Of a stretch of DNA of 64,000 bases, positions 49,141 through 59,028 are shown piece by piece. The first letter of the stretch is position 1. Every line of letters begins with the position of its first letter. Location: NCBI GenBank assembly GCA_001773725.1, contig MEXP01000020.1, positions 19,526-83,525 on the forward strand, given 5' to 3'. Origin of the DNA: Candidatus Amesbacteria bacterium RIFCSPLOWO2_01_FULL_49_25 (GTDB lineage Bacteria; Patescibacteriota; Microgenomatia; CAZETR01; Amesbacteraceae). The notes under the pieces were generated by a model. It had not been told where the DNA came from. It saw nothing but the letters and a program-made list of their open reading frames with translations, and did not search any database. The translations under genes and the position numbers were made by a program.

Positions 49141-50817
49141 ATGACTCTGTCTCAACGCCTTGCCCTGCTGTGCATTATTTTTTTGGGTTTTACTCTCCGC
49201 TCGGTTGGCCGCAACTGGGACCAAAACTACCATCTCCACCCCGATGAAAGGTTTTTGACCATGGTTGTCAGCGCCATGTCTTGGCCCAAAACTATCTCCG
49301 AATATTTCGACACCTCGCGCTCACTTCTCAACCCCCACAACATAGGCTTCGGCTTCTATGTCTATGGCACATATCCAGCAATCTTTGTCAGGTATTTATC
49401 CCAACTATTACATCGGGCCGATTATAGTCAACTGACACTGGTTGGTCGGGCCGCATCTGCCGTTATCGATACTGGAACTATCGTCCTGGTTTTTCTCATT
49501 TCTAGCCGCTTATTTAAAAATACTGCGTTATCTTTGATTTCAGCTTTAATGTATGCCCTGTCTGTCCTCCCTATTCAGCTTTCTCATTTCTTCGCCGTCG
49601 ACCCCTATGCCGTATTTTTCCTCACTCTCTCATTATATTTATTACTAATAAACAGTCCTCTATTAGGTATAGCTTTTGGCCTCACCCTGGCCGCCAAAAT
49701 TTCCTCGGCCTTGTTCTTGCCCGTCATCGCTTTGGGTCTGCTAATTAATTTTTTCAAACCCGGTCAAAAAATAAACACCATTATTCTGGGATTCATTTTC
49801 GTTCTCACAACAGCGATTACTTTGCGCGTGTTTTATCCTTACCTTTTTACCGGCCTTCAGTTTAACCCCAAGGTCTTGCAAAATTGGAAAGAGCTCGACT
49901 CTCTCAGTGGCGCCGACTCTTATTTTCCTCCCGCAGTCCAATGGCTGCACACCAGGCCCGTTTGGTATTCCCTTTCCAATCTGCTTTATTGGGGTTTGGG
50001 TCTGCCCCTCGGGCTTCTCAGCTTAATCTCTCTGCCATACGTACTTGTCAATCACCGTCGCCATGGATATGTTTACTTGGTCATCCTTTGGGTAATTGGC
50101 CTATTTTTCTATCAAAGTACTCAGTTCGCCCAACCTATGCGCTATCTTTATCCCATATACCCTTTTTTGGCAGTTACCGCTGGGGCCGTGTTATTTAAAA
50201 TTCTAAAAATCAGCAAAATCTTACTCATTCTTGTCCTTGCACTAACTTTGGTTTGGCCCTTGGCTTTTGTCTCCATTTATACTCGCCCTCATAGCCGATT
50301 GGCCGCCAGTAAGTGGATTTACCAAAACGTCCCCTCCGGCAGTACTCTCTCCTGCGACCATTGGGACGACTGCCTTCCCATAGGATACCCAACAGAATTT
50401 CGCTTATTAGAATATCCTCTTTATGGCCAGGACACGCCGGAAAAATGGCAAGACATGTCCGCCCGTCTGGCTCAGACAGACTACATTATCATGTCCAGCA
50501 ATCGCCTCTTCGGCTCAATTTCCTCCGCCCCCGACCGATATCCGGCTGCATCGAAATTTTATGCGGATCTCTTTTCCGGAAAATTGGGGTTCAGTCCGGT
50601 TGTTCAGTTTACCTCCCGTCCCAACCTCCCCATTCCCGGCCTTAATCTTTGTCTCACTCCGCCCAATATTTCCTACGGTGCCGTCTCATATCAAATCCAG
50701 AATTGTCCTCTGCCCGGGTTGAGTTTTGTCGATGATTACGCCGACGAAACCTTCACTGTCTACGACCACCCCAAAGTCATAATTTTCAAAAAATCTTCCC
50801 AACACCCTAAACTCTAG
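49141..50817 (+). CDS. GT-C glycosyltransferase, family 39/83-like (phospholipid-carrier-dependent)
   Basis: NWDQNYHLHPDERF first-loop DE motif; multi-TM. Confidence 0.65.
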   Translation: MTLSQRLALLCIIFLGFTLRSVGRNWDQNYHLHPDERFLTMVVSAMSWPKTISEYFDTSRSLLNPHNIGFGFYVYGTYPAIFVRYLSQLLHRADYSQLTLVGRAASAVIDTGTIVLVFLISSRLFKNTALSLISALMYALSVLPIQLSHFFAVDPYAVFFLTLSLYLLLINSPLLGIAFGLTLAAKISSALFLPVIALGLLINFFKPGQKINTIILGFIFVLTTAITLRVFYPYLFTGLQFNPKVLQNWKELDSLSGADSYFPPAVQWLHTRPVWYSLSNLLYWGLGLPLGLLSLISLPYVLVNHRRHGYVYLVILWVIGLFFYQSTQFAQPMRYLYPIYPFLAVTAGAVLFKILKISKILLILVLALTLVWPLAFVSIYTRPHSRLAASKWIYQNVPSGSTLSCDHWDDCLPIGYPTEFRLLEYPLYGQDTPEKWQDMSARLAQTDYIIMSSNRLFGSISSAPDRYPAASKFYADLFSGKLGFSPVVQFTSRPNLPIPGLNLCLTPPNISYGAVSYQIQNCPLPGLSFVDDYADETFTVYDHPKVIIFKKSSQHPKL

Positions 50818-53074
50818 GAGTTTTGATAAACAAACGGAATCTCGGAGAAAGAAACAGAATCCCAAGAATTAATATCGTTGAAGCAGAAATCCAACCCCCA
50901 TACATCAACGGCTTCGAACGATATATAAACTCCACAGTATGTTTACCTTTCTCTATAGGCAGCGCATAAACAGACAGATCAGCTTTAAGCAGATCTTGTT
51001 TTTTTCCATCCACCACCGCATACCACCCCGGATATTGCATTTCGCTATACAGAAGAAATCCTGGTTGATCCGAAAAAAACGAAACAACAGTTTTTTCTGG
51101 AGAGTAGGAATCAATCTTCACGCTGGCATCAGCTGTCCCTACTGCTCTATAAATCGAGAGATTCTTCGATAGAACGTCATATCGATCTAAAAGAACTGTT
51201 TTTCGAGGTAAAAAATCAGGCAAGAGAATGGATTGTATGATTTCACCCTTACCCTTAATCTGATAACCAGGGACATAAGTTACTCTCTCCAGAGCGGAAT
51301 CATTTCTCCATACGTTTCCCCCCATGTAAGTAAGCTTGTCTTGGTCCACTAGACTTTCACCAGAAAGAAAGTATTTGATATTTAATAAGTTAAGAAGTGC
51401 TCTATTTTTAAAATCGATAAAATATACGATATCATGATAAGCTTCAGTTTCCACCGTGTGATATCCATAAGTCGATTCAACGTTTTGAACCATCCCAATA
51501 TTCCTCGGACCTAAATTGTTGATTCTAAAGATACCCGGATCAATACGGATTAGTGAAATATCCGCCGTATCTCCAAAATAAACACTAGGCTTCCCTGGAG
51601 CGGCTTCTATTGGGTTAAAGTCCCTACTTATCTTAGAAATATCTGTCGCAAATATTATAAACAACAAAAACCAAATCACTCTCCATCTAGTCAGAATATA
51701 CAAAACTACTCCAGCCGCACTTACAATAAATAGCTTCTTAGCTAGCGCCAGACTTGTCATTGCAAACCCAACCGCCTCCGCAGACGTCGGCCCCCTACCC
51801 ACAGGCTGAAGCATCGAAAGCACACTAGGTTTGAGCCACCACAAAAACGTCCCCACTATCAACACACCAGCAACTCCCAAAAAGCGGACAAGTTTTCCTT
51901 TCGGATATGTCAAAACAGCATGCACACCGATTCCCATCAGGCTTGTTAAAAAAAAGTGGAGTATATCTAAATGTCGGGATACCAATGATAAATTCTCGGC
52001 AAATGGCATATTCGAGTTAAGAACTGCAGACAATTTAGAAAATCGACCCATTGAAAGTAGGACACTAGCTCCCAATCCTAAAATCATAAATCCCAGCAGT
52101 GACCGATTTTTCCAAATCAACGACACCAGCAGAAAAAAAAGTGGGACTATGCCTACATAAATAAACGTGTCCCAGTTACCCCACGGGTAATCAGATCCCC
52201 AATATCCCACAGCGTGACGTCCAAAGAGATAGGGGACTATCAACGTCAAATAATACAAGGGGTGAATAGAGTTGTATAAACTCTTTACGGACATTTCAGC
52301 CACCGTTCGGACAATTTGTTTTGATAATTCAATTGAAAGAAGCACTTTCGGAGCTGTTAACAATCCGGTCAAAAGAAAAATCGCCATAGAATAAAGGAAG
52401 AATAATCTCCTCTGGTGCGTTTCTTTAATAGTGAAATAAACAATCCCCAACAAAAAATATCCATAAATGTAATAGCTTATTTGGTGATGCCCGGCTATTG
52501 TTATCATAGCCAGAATGAATGACGAAAGAATCGCCCAGACAACTTTCTTGTCTCGAACAAACCTAAAATAGGCCCAAAACAGCAGAGGCAGCCATGCCAA
52601 TAAAAGAATAACCGGAATATGCACTAATCTGCCAATAAAAGCGCCGCTGGTCGCATATACCACCCCGGCAAACACACTCGATATTTTGTGAAGTTTTAGA
52701 CCATCTCTCATCAAAATATACATCGCCACTGCAGCCAGCAAGTAGTGTGCCATTTGCATTCCCAGCAACCACAAAAAAGCCGAATCCAAATCTCCCTTAG
52801 CGTCAAAAAACAACTGCGCCAGGATATATGGAGGATAAAAAGATCCATTCTCCAATGAAGCGAACGGCATTGACCCCATAAACCAATACGGATTGCGAAT
52901 TGGAGGATATGTTTGCGTTCGCACCGATTGGTTTAAATAGACCCACCACGGAAAATACAGCTCACTCACATCCGCCGCGAAGTAATAAAAAGGGTCAACT
53001 AAGATTTTGGGAAACATTCCCAACAATACCCCACACGTCAACAGAACCACTATAAATATCTCAATTTTTTTCAT
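50807..53074 (-). CDS. YfhO-family membrane glycosyltransferase-like protein
   Basis: 755 aa; N-terminal ~13 TM helices plus a large C-terminal extracytoplasmic domain and a final TM helix. YfhO-like architecture. Confidence 0.55.
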   Translation of the reverse strand: MKKIEIFIVVLLTCGVLLGMFPKILVDPFYYFAADVSELYFPWWVYLNQSVRTQTYPPIRNPYWFMGSMPFASLENGSFYPPYILAQLFFDAKGDLDSAFLWLLGMQMAHYLLAAVAMYILMRDGLKLHKISSVFAGVVYATSGAFIGRLVHIPVILLLAWLPLLFWAYFRFVRDKKVVWAILSSFILAMITIAGHHQISYYIYGYFLLGIVYFTIKETHQRRLFFLYSMAIFLLTGLLTAPKVLLSIELSKQIVRTVAEMSVKSLYNSIHPLYYLTLIVPYLFGRHAVGYWGSDYPWGNWDTFIYVGIVPLFFLLVSLIWKNRSLLGFMILGLGASVLLSMGRFSKLSAVLNSNMPFAENLSLVSRHLDILHFFLTSLMGIGVHAVLTYPKGKLVRFLGVAGVLIVGTFLWWLKPSVLSMLQPVGRGPTSAEAVGFAMTSLALAKKLFIVSAAGVVLYILTRWRVIWFLLFIIFATDISKISRDFNPIEAAPGKPSVYFGDTADISLIRIDPGIFRINNLGPRNIGMVQNVESTYGYHTVETEAYHDIVYFIDFKNRALLNLLNIKYFLSGESLVDQDKLTYMGGNVWRNDSALERVTYVPGYQIKGKGEIIQSILLPDFLPRKTVLLDRYDVLSKNLSIYRAVGTADASVKIDSYSPEKTVVSFFSDQPGFLLYSEMQYPGWYAVVDGKKQDLLKADLSVYALPIEKGKHTVEFIYRSKPLMYGGWISASTILILGILFLSPRFRLFIKTPRV

Positions 53075-53751
53075 GTCACCTCAAAAATTAGCTGGTAGGC
53101 CATTCTTCTTGGCCATTTCCTGGCCAAAACTGCGAAGAAATTATATATCCAAAACATCGGTTTCCCTTGTCCAAACATTCGGTCTACCAATCCAAAAGGT
53201 GGGGGAGTGGCCGCCACCAGTTTTACAGCATTCGCCCCATTTAGCATCTTTTCTGCCTCTAGGCGGCCGTAAAAATGTTTATGGGTTCTATCCAACGGGC
53301 CGCGGGACATTTTAAAATCCGGCCACAATCGTCTCACTAGCCATACCGGCCAAAACTCGCAGTTCGGCAGCGACACCAACATCCACCCCCCTTTTCTTAC
53401 CTTCTTCCAAAGTTTCTTCACAACTTTCTCCGGGTTGTCCAAATGTTCCAGTACATCAGCGGCCACAATTCCATCAAATTCTTCATTTTTCAATTCTTTT
53501 TCCCAGCCCTTCCTCTCTAAATCTTCCCATAAGACATATTTATATGTCGACAACCATCGACTGTTTTTCCAGTTAGTATCTTTATCCAATCCCCATATTT
53601 TCACTCCATTCTTCCCAATAGCTCTGCCCAAAAAACCTCCCCCGCATCCCGCATCTAAAACCTTTTTTCCTCGCCTCTCATTCACTAGTCGCGCCATCTG
53701 TCTGTGGCTGGATTCAGGATCGTTTTTATATTGATAAATATCCCTTTGCAT
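53071..53751 (-). CDS. class I SAM-dependent methyltransferase
   Basis: VLDAGCGGGFLG motif I; DGIVAADVLEHL motif. Confidence 0.8.
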   Translation of the reverse strand: MQRDIYQYKNDPESSHRQMARLVNERRGKKVLDAGCGGGFLGRAIGKNGVKIWGLDKDTNWKNSRWLSTYKYVLWEDLERKGWEKELKNEEFDGIVAADVLEHLDNPEKVVKKLWKKVRKGGWMLVSLPNCEFWPVWLVRRLWPDFKMSRGPLDRTHKHFYGRLEAEKMLNGANAVKLVAATPPPFGLVDRMFGQGKPMFWIYNFFAVLARKWPRRMAYQLIFEVT

Positions 53752-53765
53752 TACCTAAGACCTCC

Positions 53766-54419
53766 TCACTCTTTTTTGGCATATACATGCCGCAATTCAA
53801 GGACGCCCCTATTCAAGGACGTTTCCACCTTCCACCCGGCATTTATTAACCTTTCAATTAATTGCTGATCATTTCCCCTATTTAAATGTAGCTCCATAGC
53901 GATCTTTCTAATCTTATTCAAATACCTCCACTGTTGGTTTCCAAATATCCTATACTCACACCCCTCACAATCTACCTTCAAGAAATCGACTGTTTTTCCT
54001 CCCCGAACAATTTGTTTTAACGATAGCGCAGGTTGATCAACAACAGTGACATTCTTCACACCGTTTAGACCAATATTAGCCAATAGAAACAACCGTCGTT
54101 GTTCATCGGGCTCAAAGGCCAAAATCTTTGCCTTTGGCAATCTCATTGCTGCCATGATTGCAAAGTCTCCCACCCCTGCTCCCACATCCACCACAATTTT
54201 ATCTGAATCCTCCAAACCCACTTTTTCGTTTTCGTACTCACGGTCTAAAACAACCTCTTTTATCTCCAGCAAATCTCCAATCTGCGCGAACTTCAACCGC
54301 AGACCATTTACGATAACTTCATTTTTAGCTAAATTTACGCGGCCCCACAATTTAAGTACCACGGAAATGTAGTAGGGCACACGGTTCCATCTGAACTTCA
54401 TTCCAGTAATCTTTCCCAT
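53766..54419 (-). CDS. FkbM-family methyltransferase
   Basis: VVDVGAGVGDF and LKVDCEGCEY motifs. Confidence 0.75.
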   Translation of the reverse strand: MGKITGMKFRWNRVPYYISVVLKLWGRVNLAKNEVIVNGLRLKFAQIGDLLEIKEVVLDREYENEKVGLEDSDKIVVDVGAGVGDFAIMAAMRLPKAKILAFEPDEQRRLFLLANIGLNGVKNVTVVDQPALSLKQIVRGGKTVDFLKVDCEGCEYRIFGNQQWRYLNKIRKIAMELHLNRGNDQQLIERLINAGWKVETSLNRGVLELRHVYAKKE

Positions 54420-55474
54420 TTTTTCATTATCTCTTTAACATTAAATTCTTTTATGGCCAATATCCTTTTTTCTCTCAACCTATCTCTATTATCAACAGCC
54501 CATTCTATGGCCTCAGCCAGAGACTTACTATCACTTGGCTTTGCCAGTTTACCCATTCCGGTTTTTAATATCGGCACTCTTACTCCCGGCAAATCCGATG
54601 CCACCACCGGCACGCCACACATCATCGCCTCCACCTGCACCATTCCAAAAGCTTCAGTTGAATTCACCGACGACAGCGCCAATACGTCTAACATCTTATA
54701 AAATCCTCCCATGTCTTCCGGATCTATTGTCCCCAAAAACCTTATCCGGTTTTCGTACTTTTCAACCAATTTCATAATTTTTTCCTTATACTTTTCTTCA
54801 CCGACTGGATTTTCTGGTCCGGCAATAATAATTTTGCAGTTTTTCAAAAGTGGCAGCGCCCCTAACAAATACTCGATTCCCTTTTCTTGTGCTAAACGGG
54901 CGGCAACTCCTATCCAAATTTCACCCTTCGGCTTATTTAATTTTAATTTACCGGTCGTAGGGTAGGGGATTGGGGGATAAATATATTTCGTTTTGTTTTC
55001 AAATCCCCGCAAAAGCCTGCTATTCTTTGCGTAATCTTCGGTATAAGTAACAATAATGCTTGCCTTCAAAAGCGATATCCAGTTCATAAATTCCAACACT
55101 TTTTGCAAGATTTTATTTTGCAAAACTATTTCACAGTGATAAACAACAATCACTTTCTTTGCCATGAGTGCTGTTATCCACCCCTCGGCTTGAGGAAGAT
55201 TTATTATCACCACGTCAGCCCCTCTCGTTTCCCGCCAGGATTTAGCTATCCAATCAATCGACAAGAACCCTTTGCTGAGTTTCAACAGAGGTTTGGCTCT
55301 GGCAACTTCTACGCCATTAAAATCTTCTATTTCCGGCAAACTTTTATCGTGTCGCATGCACAAGGCCGCAACCTTATGGTCTCTTTTCACCAACTCTTCT
55401 GCCAATCTTTTGACATAAATTGTCAGCCCTGATACGTATGGAGTGTAATAAGTTACCGAAAACAAAATATTCAC
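54398..55474 (-). CDS. GT4-family (GT-B fold) glycosyltransferase
   Basis: EAFGMVQVEAMMCGVPVVASDLPG C-terminal motif. Confidence 0.8.
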   Translation of the reverse strand: MNILFSVTYYTPYVSGLTIYVKRLAEELVKRDHKVAALCMRHDKSLPEIEDFNGVEVARAKPLLKLSKGFLSIDWIAKSWRETRGADVVIINLPQAEGWITALMAKKVIVVYHCEIVLQNKILQKVLEFMNWISLLKASIIVTYTEDYAKNSRLLRGFENKTKYIYPPIPYPTTGKLKLNKPKGEIWIGVAARLAQEKGIEYLLGALPLLKNCKIIIAGPENPVGEEKYKEKIMKLVEKYENRIRFLGTIDPEDMGGFYKMLDVLALSSVNSTEAFGMVQVEAMMCGVPVVASDLPGVRVPILKTGMGKLAKPSDSKSLAEAIEWAVDNRDRLREKRILAIKEFNVKEIMKKWERLLE

Positions 55475-56031
55475 AGCCCTATCGCTTCTAACGCCGCACC
55501 TAAATACAAAAATTTAAAAGGATATTCATGTCTTTTATCCATGAAATTATAAATCCAAAAGATTTTAGCCCTTGTTTTTTCAACAACAAACGTAACTATA
55601 TCTAAATTATCTTCGACATAGTAATCCAACTTAAGTCTCTCAATAACTTCCAGCTTATATACATGCGGCTGTTCCTGGTCCTCGTTAATATTTATGGATT
55701 TAAACAAATTGCGTACCCGATATTTATCCAGCCAATTCTCCAAATTATCTTTCAAAAACCCATATCTTGCAGTAACTAAATGAAACTCCATGTCATCCCT
55801 CTTCGCCATTTCCCGCAGTAAATCGACTCCCTTTGCCGGGAATACACTCGATTCATGCACCACCGACCACAATATCCTTTGCCACCAATTTTTCGGCACA
55901 AAAAAAGTCAACTTGTGAATACCCAGCACTTCTCGTTTAAACCACTTTATCGGCGCTCTGATTACTCTGAACGGGTTGTACGCCACTACCCCGTCAAAAT
56001 CCAATCCAACTCTGATTACTCTTTTCTTCAC
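55471..56031 (-). CDS. HAD-superfamily hydrolase (NT5C-like)
   Basis: VGLDFDGVV motif I (DxDGV). Confidence 0.55.
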   Translation of the reverse strand: MKKRVIRVGLDFDGVVAYNPFRVIRAPIKWFKREVLGIHKLTFFVPKNWWQRILWSVVHESSVFPAKGVDLLREMAKRDDMEFHLVTARYGFLKDNLENWLDKYRVRNLFKSININEDQEQPHVYKLEVIERLKLDYYVEDNLDIVTFVVEKTRAKIFWIYNFMDKRHEYPFKFLYLGAALEAIGL

Positions 56032-56035
56032 CGCC

Positions 56036-57439
56036 TTATTTTACGGGACGTTTACCGTTTCTGCTATACAAATACCCTCCCCCCGCCAGCATTACCCCTC
56101 CCAAAACCAGCCACCACCACGTCCACTCCTGGTTTCCTGACACCGGCACCCCCTCGTCTGTTGCCGGCATCGCTACTTTGAAAGCTTCGGTAGGAATGGC
56201 AGTTGGAGTGGCAGCGGCTGCGGTCGGAGCCGGTGTAGACGTCACCGCCACCGTGGGAACTGCAGTCGGGGATGGTTTAAGCGTGGGCGTTATGGTCAAT
56301 TCTCCCGAAGGCGTAGCCGAAAATGCCGGCACTCCGTCCTCGGCGGCATACACTACAAACTCTCTTGTGACAGTTTGCAATACCCCATCTATGATCGTGG
56401 ATACAGTTACCTGATGCTTTCCTGGCTCCAGATTGTTAGGCACCTCGAATACAAAATCTCCTGAGCTGTCAGCGTTTATTACCGTAACCACCTTCGCCGT
56501 CGAGTTAACTTCGATCGTTACTTTCGACCCTTTCGGAGCCTTCCCGATAATTACCGGGCGGGCAGAGTTTATTTGCTCCCCTAATTTAGGCGACAACACT
56601 TGGAGTTCTGCTTCCGTCTGTTCGCTCTCAACTAACGATTCCTGGCTAAACTTAGACGATATCTCTTCCCCAGCCTCAGGTGTAAGTGTCGCTGTCTCTT
56701 GGGTAAAATCATAAGTCCCCCCCAAAGTAATTACTGGGACCGGGCTGTCTCCCCCGGTTTTAACCTTGGCCTGCGCCGTTTCTCCCCCGCCAGTCACGTT
56801 TAGTTCCTCAATCTCTTCTTCCCGGTCATATTCAAGGTAGGCACTCAAGTCCTCTTTCCTCATGGTCGCCAGGGAAATTACCCATGCCCCGCTCGGTTTA
56901 ACCAAAGCCGACGCCCCCGATCCCCCCGCTAGGTTCAAGTAAACTATCGCCCCCTCTGCCGGATCACCTCCGGACCCGATGACTTGGCCATAAGCCACAT
57001 CTGCCGTTGGTGTATCGCCTATCACCACCCCCGTCCTTGTTTCATACGCCCCTTCACCTTGTCCAAATAGCTTGCTTCCCGAACCGATCTTGAATATATA
57101 CCCCTGTTCCGGTTTCAGCCCCCTCACCGTCACGTAATGGCTAAAGTATTTGCCTACCTCGCCCTTCTCCTGATCTCGGTCATCGGATATTGTCAGATCC
57201 ATTGCCGCTTCGGCTTCTCCGTACTGCACATACCCCGAGGCGGCTTCCTGGGTAATCCAAGAAATCGTCAAAGAATTATCCGTCTGATTTGTAACCCGGA
57301 CTTCTCTCGGGACTTCCTCCTCTGCAGCTTTCGATATCAACCCCAGTGGAGATCTCAGCAAAACTAAGCCCGACACCATCCCCAAAGCCACCACCAAAAT
57401 TCCCAATATTGTAGGCAGTTTTAATTCAGGCCTTTTCAT
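56036..57439 (-). CDS. surface protein with an FN3-like (purple-acid-phosphatase-N-like) domain and Ig-like beta-sandwich domains, N-terminal signal anchor and C-terminal TM anchor
   Basis: VRVTNQTDNSLTISWIT...YVQYGE...YFSHYVTVRGLKPEQGYIFKIGS; the C-terminal WTWWWLVLGGVMLAGGGYLYSRNGKRPVK is a TM helix plus basic tail. Confidence 0.55.
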   Translation of the reverse strand: MKRPELKLPTILGILVVALGMVSGLVLLRSPLGLISKAAEEEVPREVRVTNQTDNSLTISWITQEAASGYVQYGEAEAAMDLTISDDRDQEKGEVGKYFSHYVTVRGLKPEQGYIFKIGSGSKLFGQGEGAYETRTGVVIGDTPTADVAYGQVIGSGGDPAEGAIVYLNLAGGSGASALVKPSGAWVISLATMRKEDLSAYLEYDREEEIEELNVTGGGETAQAKVKTGGDSPVPVITLGGTYDFTQETATLTPEAGEEISSKFSQESLVESEQTEAELQVLSPKLGEQINSARPVIIGKAPKGSKVTIEVNSTAKVVTVINADSSGDFVFEVPNNLEPGKHQVTVSTIIDGVLQTVTREFVVYAAEDGVPAFSATPSGELTITPTLKPSPTAVPTVAVTSTPAPTAAAATPTAIPTEAFKVAMPATDEGVPVSGNQEWTWWWLVLGGVMLAGGGYLYSRNGKRPVK

Positions 57440-57636
57440 TGCTGTTTTTTTTCTAGCCTATCCAGCACCTCTACGTTTAGATCCGGCTCTAATGGACTCA
57501 AATAACTGTCTATTCCATCAGGAGGCAGGCTTTTGGTATATACCCGATATACTTCCAACCCCACCCACACGACCACCGTAATCAAAGTCGAGGTAATTAG
57601 AAAAATCAATTCTCTTTCTGTTTTCTTTAACGCCAT
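57436..57636 (-). CDS. small single-TM protein (66 aa)
   Basis: ORF translationally coupled between pilO and the FN3 protein gene. Confidence 0.4.
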   Translation of the reverse strand: MALKKTERELIFLITSTLITVVVWVGLEVYRVYTKSLPPDGIDSYLSPLEPDLNVEVLDRLEKKQQ

Positions 57637-57637
57637 T

Positions 57638-58207
57638 CTAATTTTCCGGCATGTAAACAGCCGCTCCTTGCAAGCTTAAGGTTAACTCTCCTCCTACCTG
57701 TTTATCAATAGATAATGATTTAATATCGATTATTCTCGAGCTCTTACCCAGGCCGGTTATAAATCTTTTTATCCCATCATAGGCGCCAGACGTCGCCATA
57801 GAGAACTCAACGTCTTTTCCCAAATTTACGCCAAAGCTTTTAGTTACGAGCCCGCTATCAGTTGCCGACTGTTGTACCCCCGTCGCCACACCGCTCCAAT
57901 CTGCCGTTTTCGGAACAGCCATATTTAATACCTCGAGCCGGTCTTGCACCTGGAGGTATACATTCTGGGCTTCCCGAATAAGTTCAATTTTCTCGTCCAT
58001 TCTTTTCTCCAGCTCTAAATACTGTTTCCGCTCGGCCAGTAGTTTTGCAATCGTCACCAAAGTTGGCCTCAGGGCCCAAATGACCAACACCATAACCAGA
58101 AGCAGTGATAATATCAAGTATAAACTTTCTTGCCACAATGGCTTATTCTGCACTGTTTGCAGATATCTTCTGTATCTGGCCAAACTGCTTCTATAATCTA
58201 CTGCCAT
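57638..58207 (-). CDS. pilO: type IV pilus assembly protein PilO-like
   Basis: N-terminal TM helix, coiled coil, C-terminal alpha/beta domain; lies directly after the PilN-like gene. Confidence 0.55.
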   Translation of the reverse strand: MAVDYRSSLARYRRYLQTVQNKPLWQESLYLILSLLLVMVLVIWALRPTLVTIAKLLAERKQYLELEKRMDEKIELIREAQNVYLQVQDRLEVLNMAVPKTADWSGVATGVQQSATDSGLVTKSFGVNLGKDVEFSMATSGAYDGIKRFITGLGKSSRIIDIKSLSIDKQVGGELTLSLQGAAVYMPEN

Positions 58208-58209
58208 AA

Positions 58210-58743
58210 CTACACTTTTAATATTAAGCTAAAACTAATATTGCCATCACCCTGGGCTTTAACATCAGTTAGTTCCACTTCCTTCCAAAATTCACTGTCT
58301 CGGTTTGCTGTTATCAGGGTCCGCAAACCATTTTCACTAAATGCCGTCCCCGTGACAGCGATTTCCTCGCGCGAAATTCTTATCGATGAAAATTGAACGT
58401 CTGCAGCCGCCGATTTATCTAACTCGCTCAAAACTTCCAATATCGGCATTTCTGAATCCACCAGCTCTTTGGCTACCGCTAGTCTCACCTGGGTATTTCT
58501 AAATGTTTTTTCCTGGGAGGAAAACGCCTCCAAAACATTCCTCTTTTCTCGAACATTGTCCTGTAAGTCGGAAATATTTTGGTCCAAAACAAACCTGGAC
58601 AAAAAGGCCGCAATCACCACCATCTCCGTCAAAATGACTATATACCTCCCGGTAGTTAGCGCCCATTTAAGCACGCCTCCCCACCAACCGGCATCAAATT
58701 CCGACGACGGCACCAAATTAATAGATCTGGGTCGGGCAGACAT
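58210..58743 (-). CDS. pilN: type IV pilus assembly protein PilN-like
   Basis: N-terminal RSINLVP (INLLP-like) motif followed by a TM helix; 177 aa. Confidence 0.6.
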   Translation of the reverse strand: MSARPRSINLVPSSEFDAGWWGGVLKWALTTGRYIVILTEMVVIAAFLSRFVLDQNISDLQDNVREKRNVLEAFSSQEKTFRNTQVRLAVAKELVDSEMPILEVLSELDKSAAADVQFSSIRISREEIAVTGTAFSENGLRTLITANRDSEFWKEVELTDVKAQGDGNISFSLILKV

Positions 58744-58761
58744 GTATCCAGTATACCAAAC

Positions 58762-59016
58762 CTACTTCTTCTTTTTAGCCAGAAACCTGGACAATCTAGA
58801 TTTTAGCCTTGAAGCCTTATTTTTGCTAATGATCTTTTTTTTGGCCGCTCTATCCAATTGCGAAAAAACCGCCGTCAGATTTTTTGCCGATGGTTTTTTG
58901 CGCATTACCGTCACTGCCCCCCTATACACTCGCCTCGTTCGGTTGTTTACTCCAGCCTTTCTTTTGTCGGCTCTTAGCTTTCTAATTGCTCCTTTAGTGA
59001 TTGGCATACCGGCCAT
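58762..59016 (-). CDS. rpsT: 30S ribosomal protein S20
   Basis: Basic 84-aa protein; ...IISKNKASRLKSRLSR... matches the S20 C-terminal helix. Confidence 0.75.
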   Translation of the reverse strand: MAGMPITKGAIRKLRADKRKAGVNNRTRRVYRGAVTVMRKKPSAKNLTAVFSQLDRAAKKKIISKNKASRLKSRLSRFLAKKKK

Positions 59017-59028
59017 ATAATATCACAC

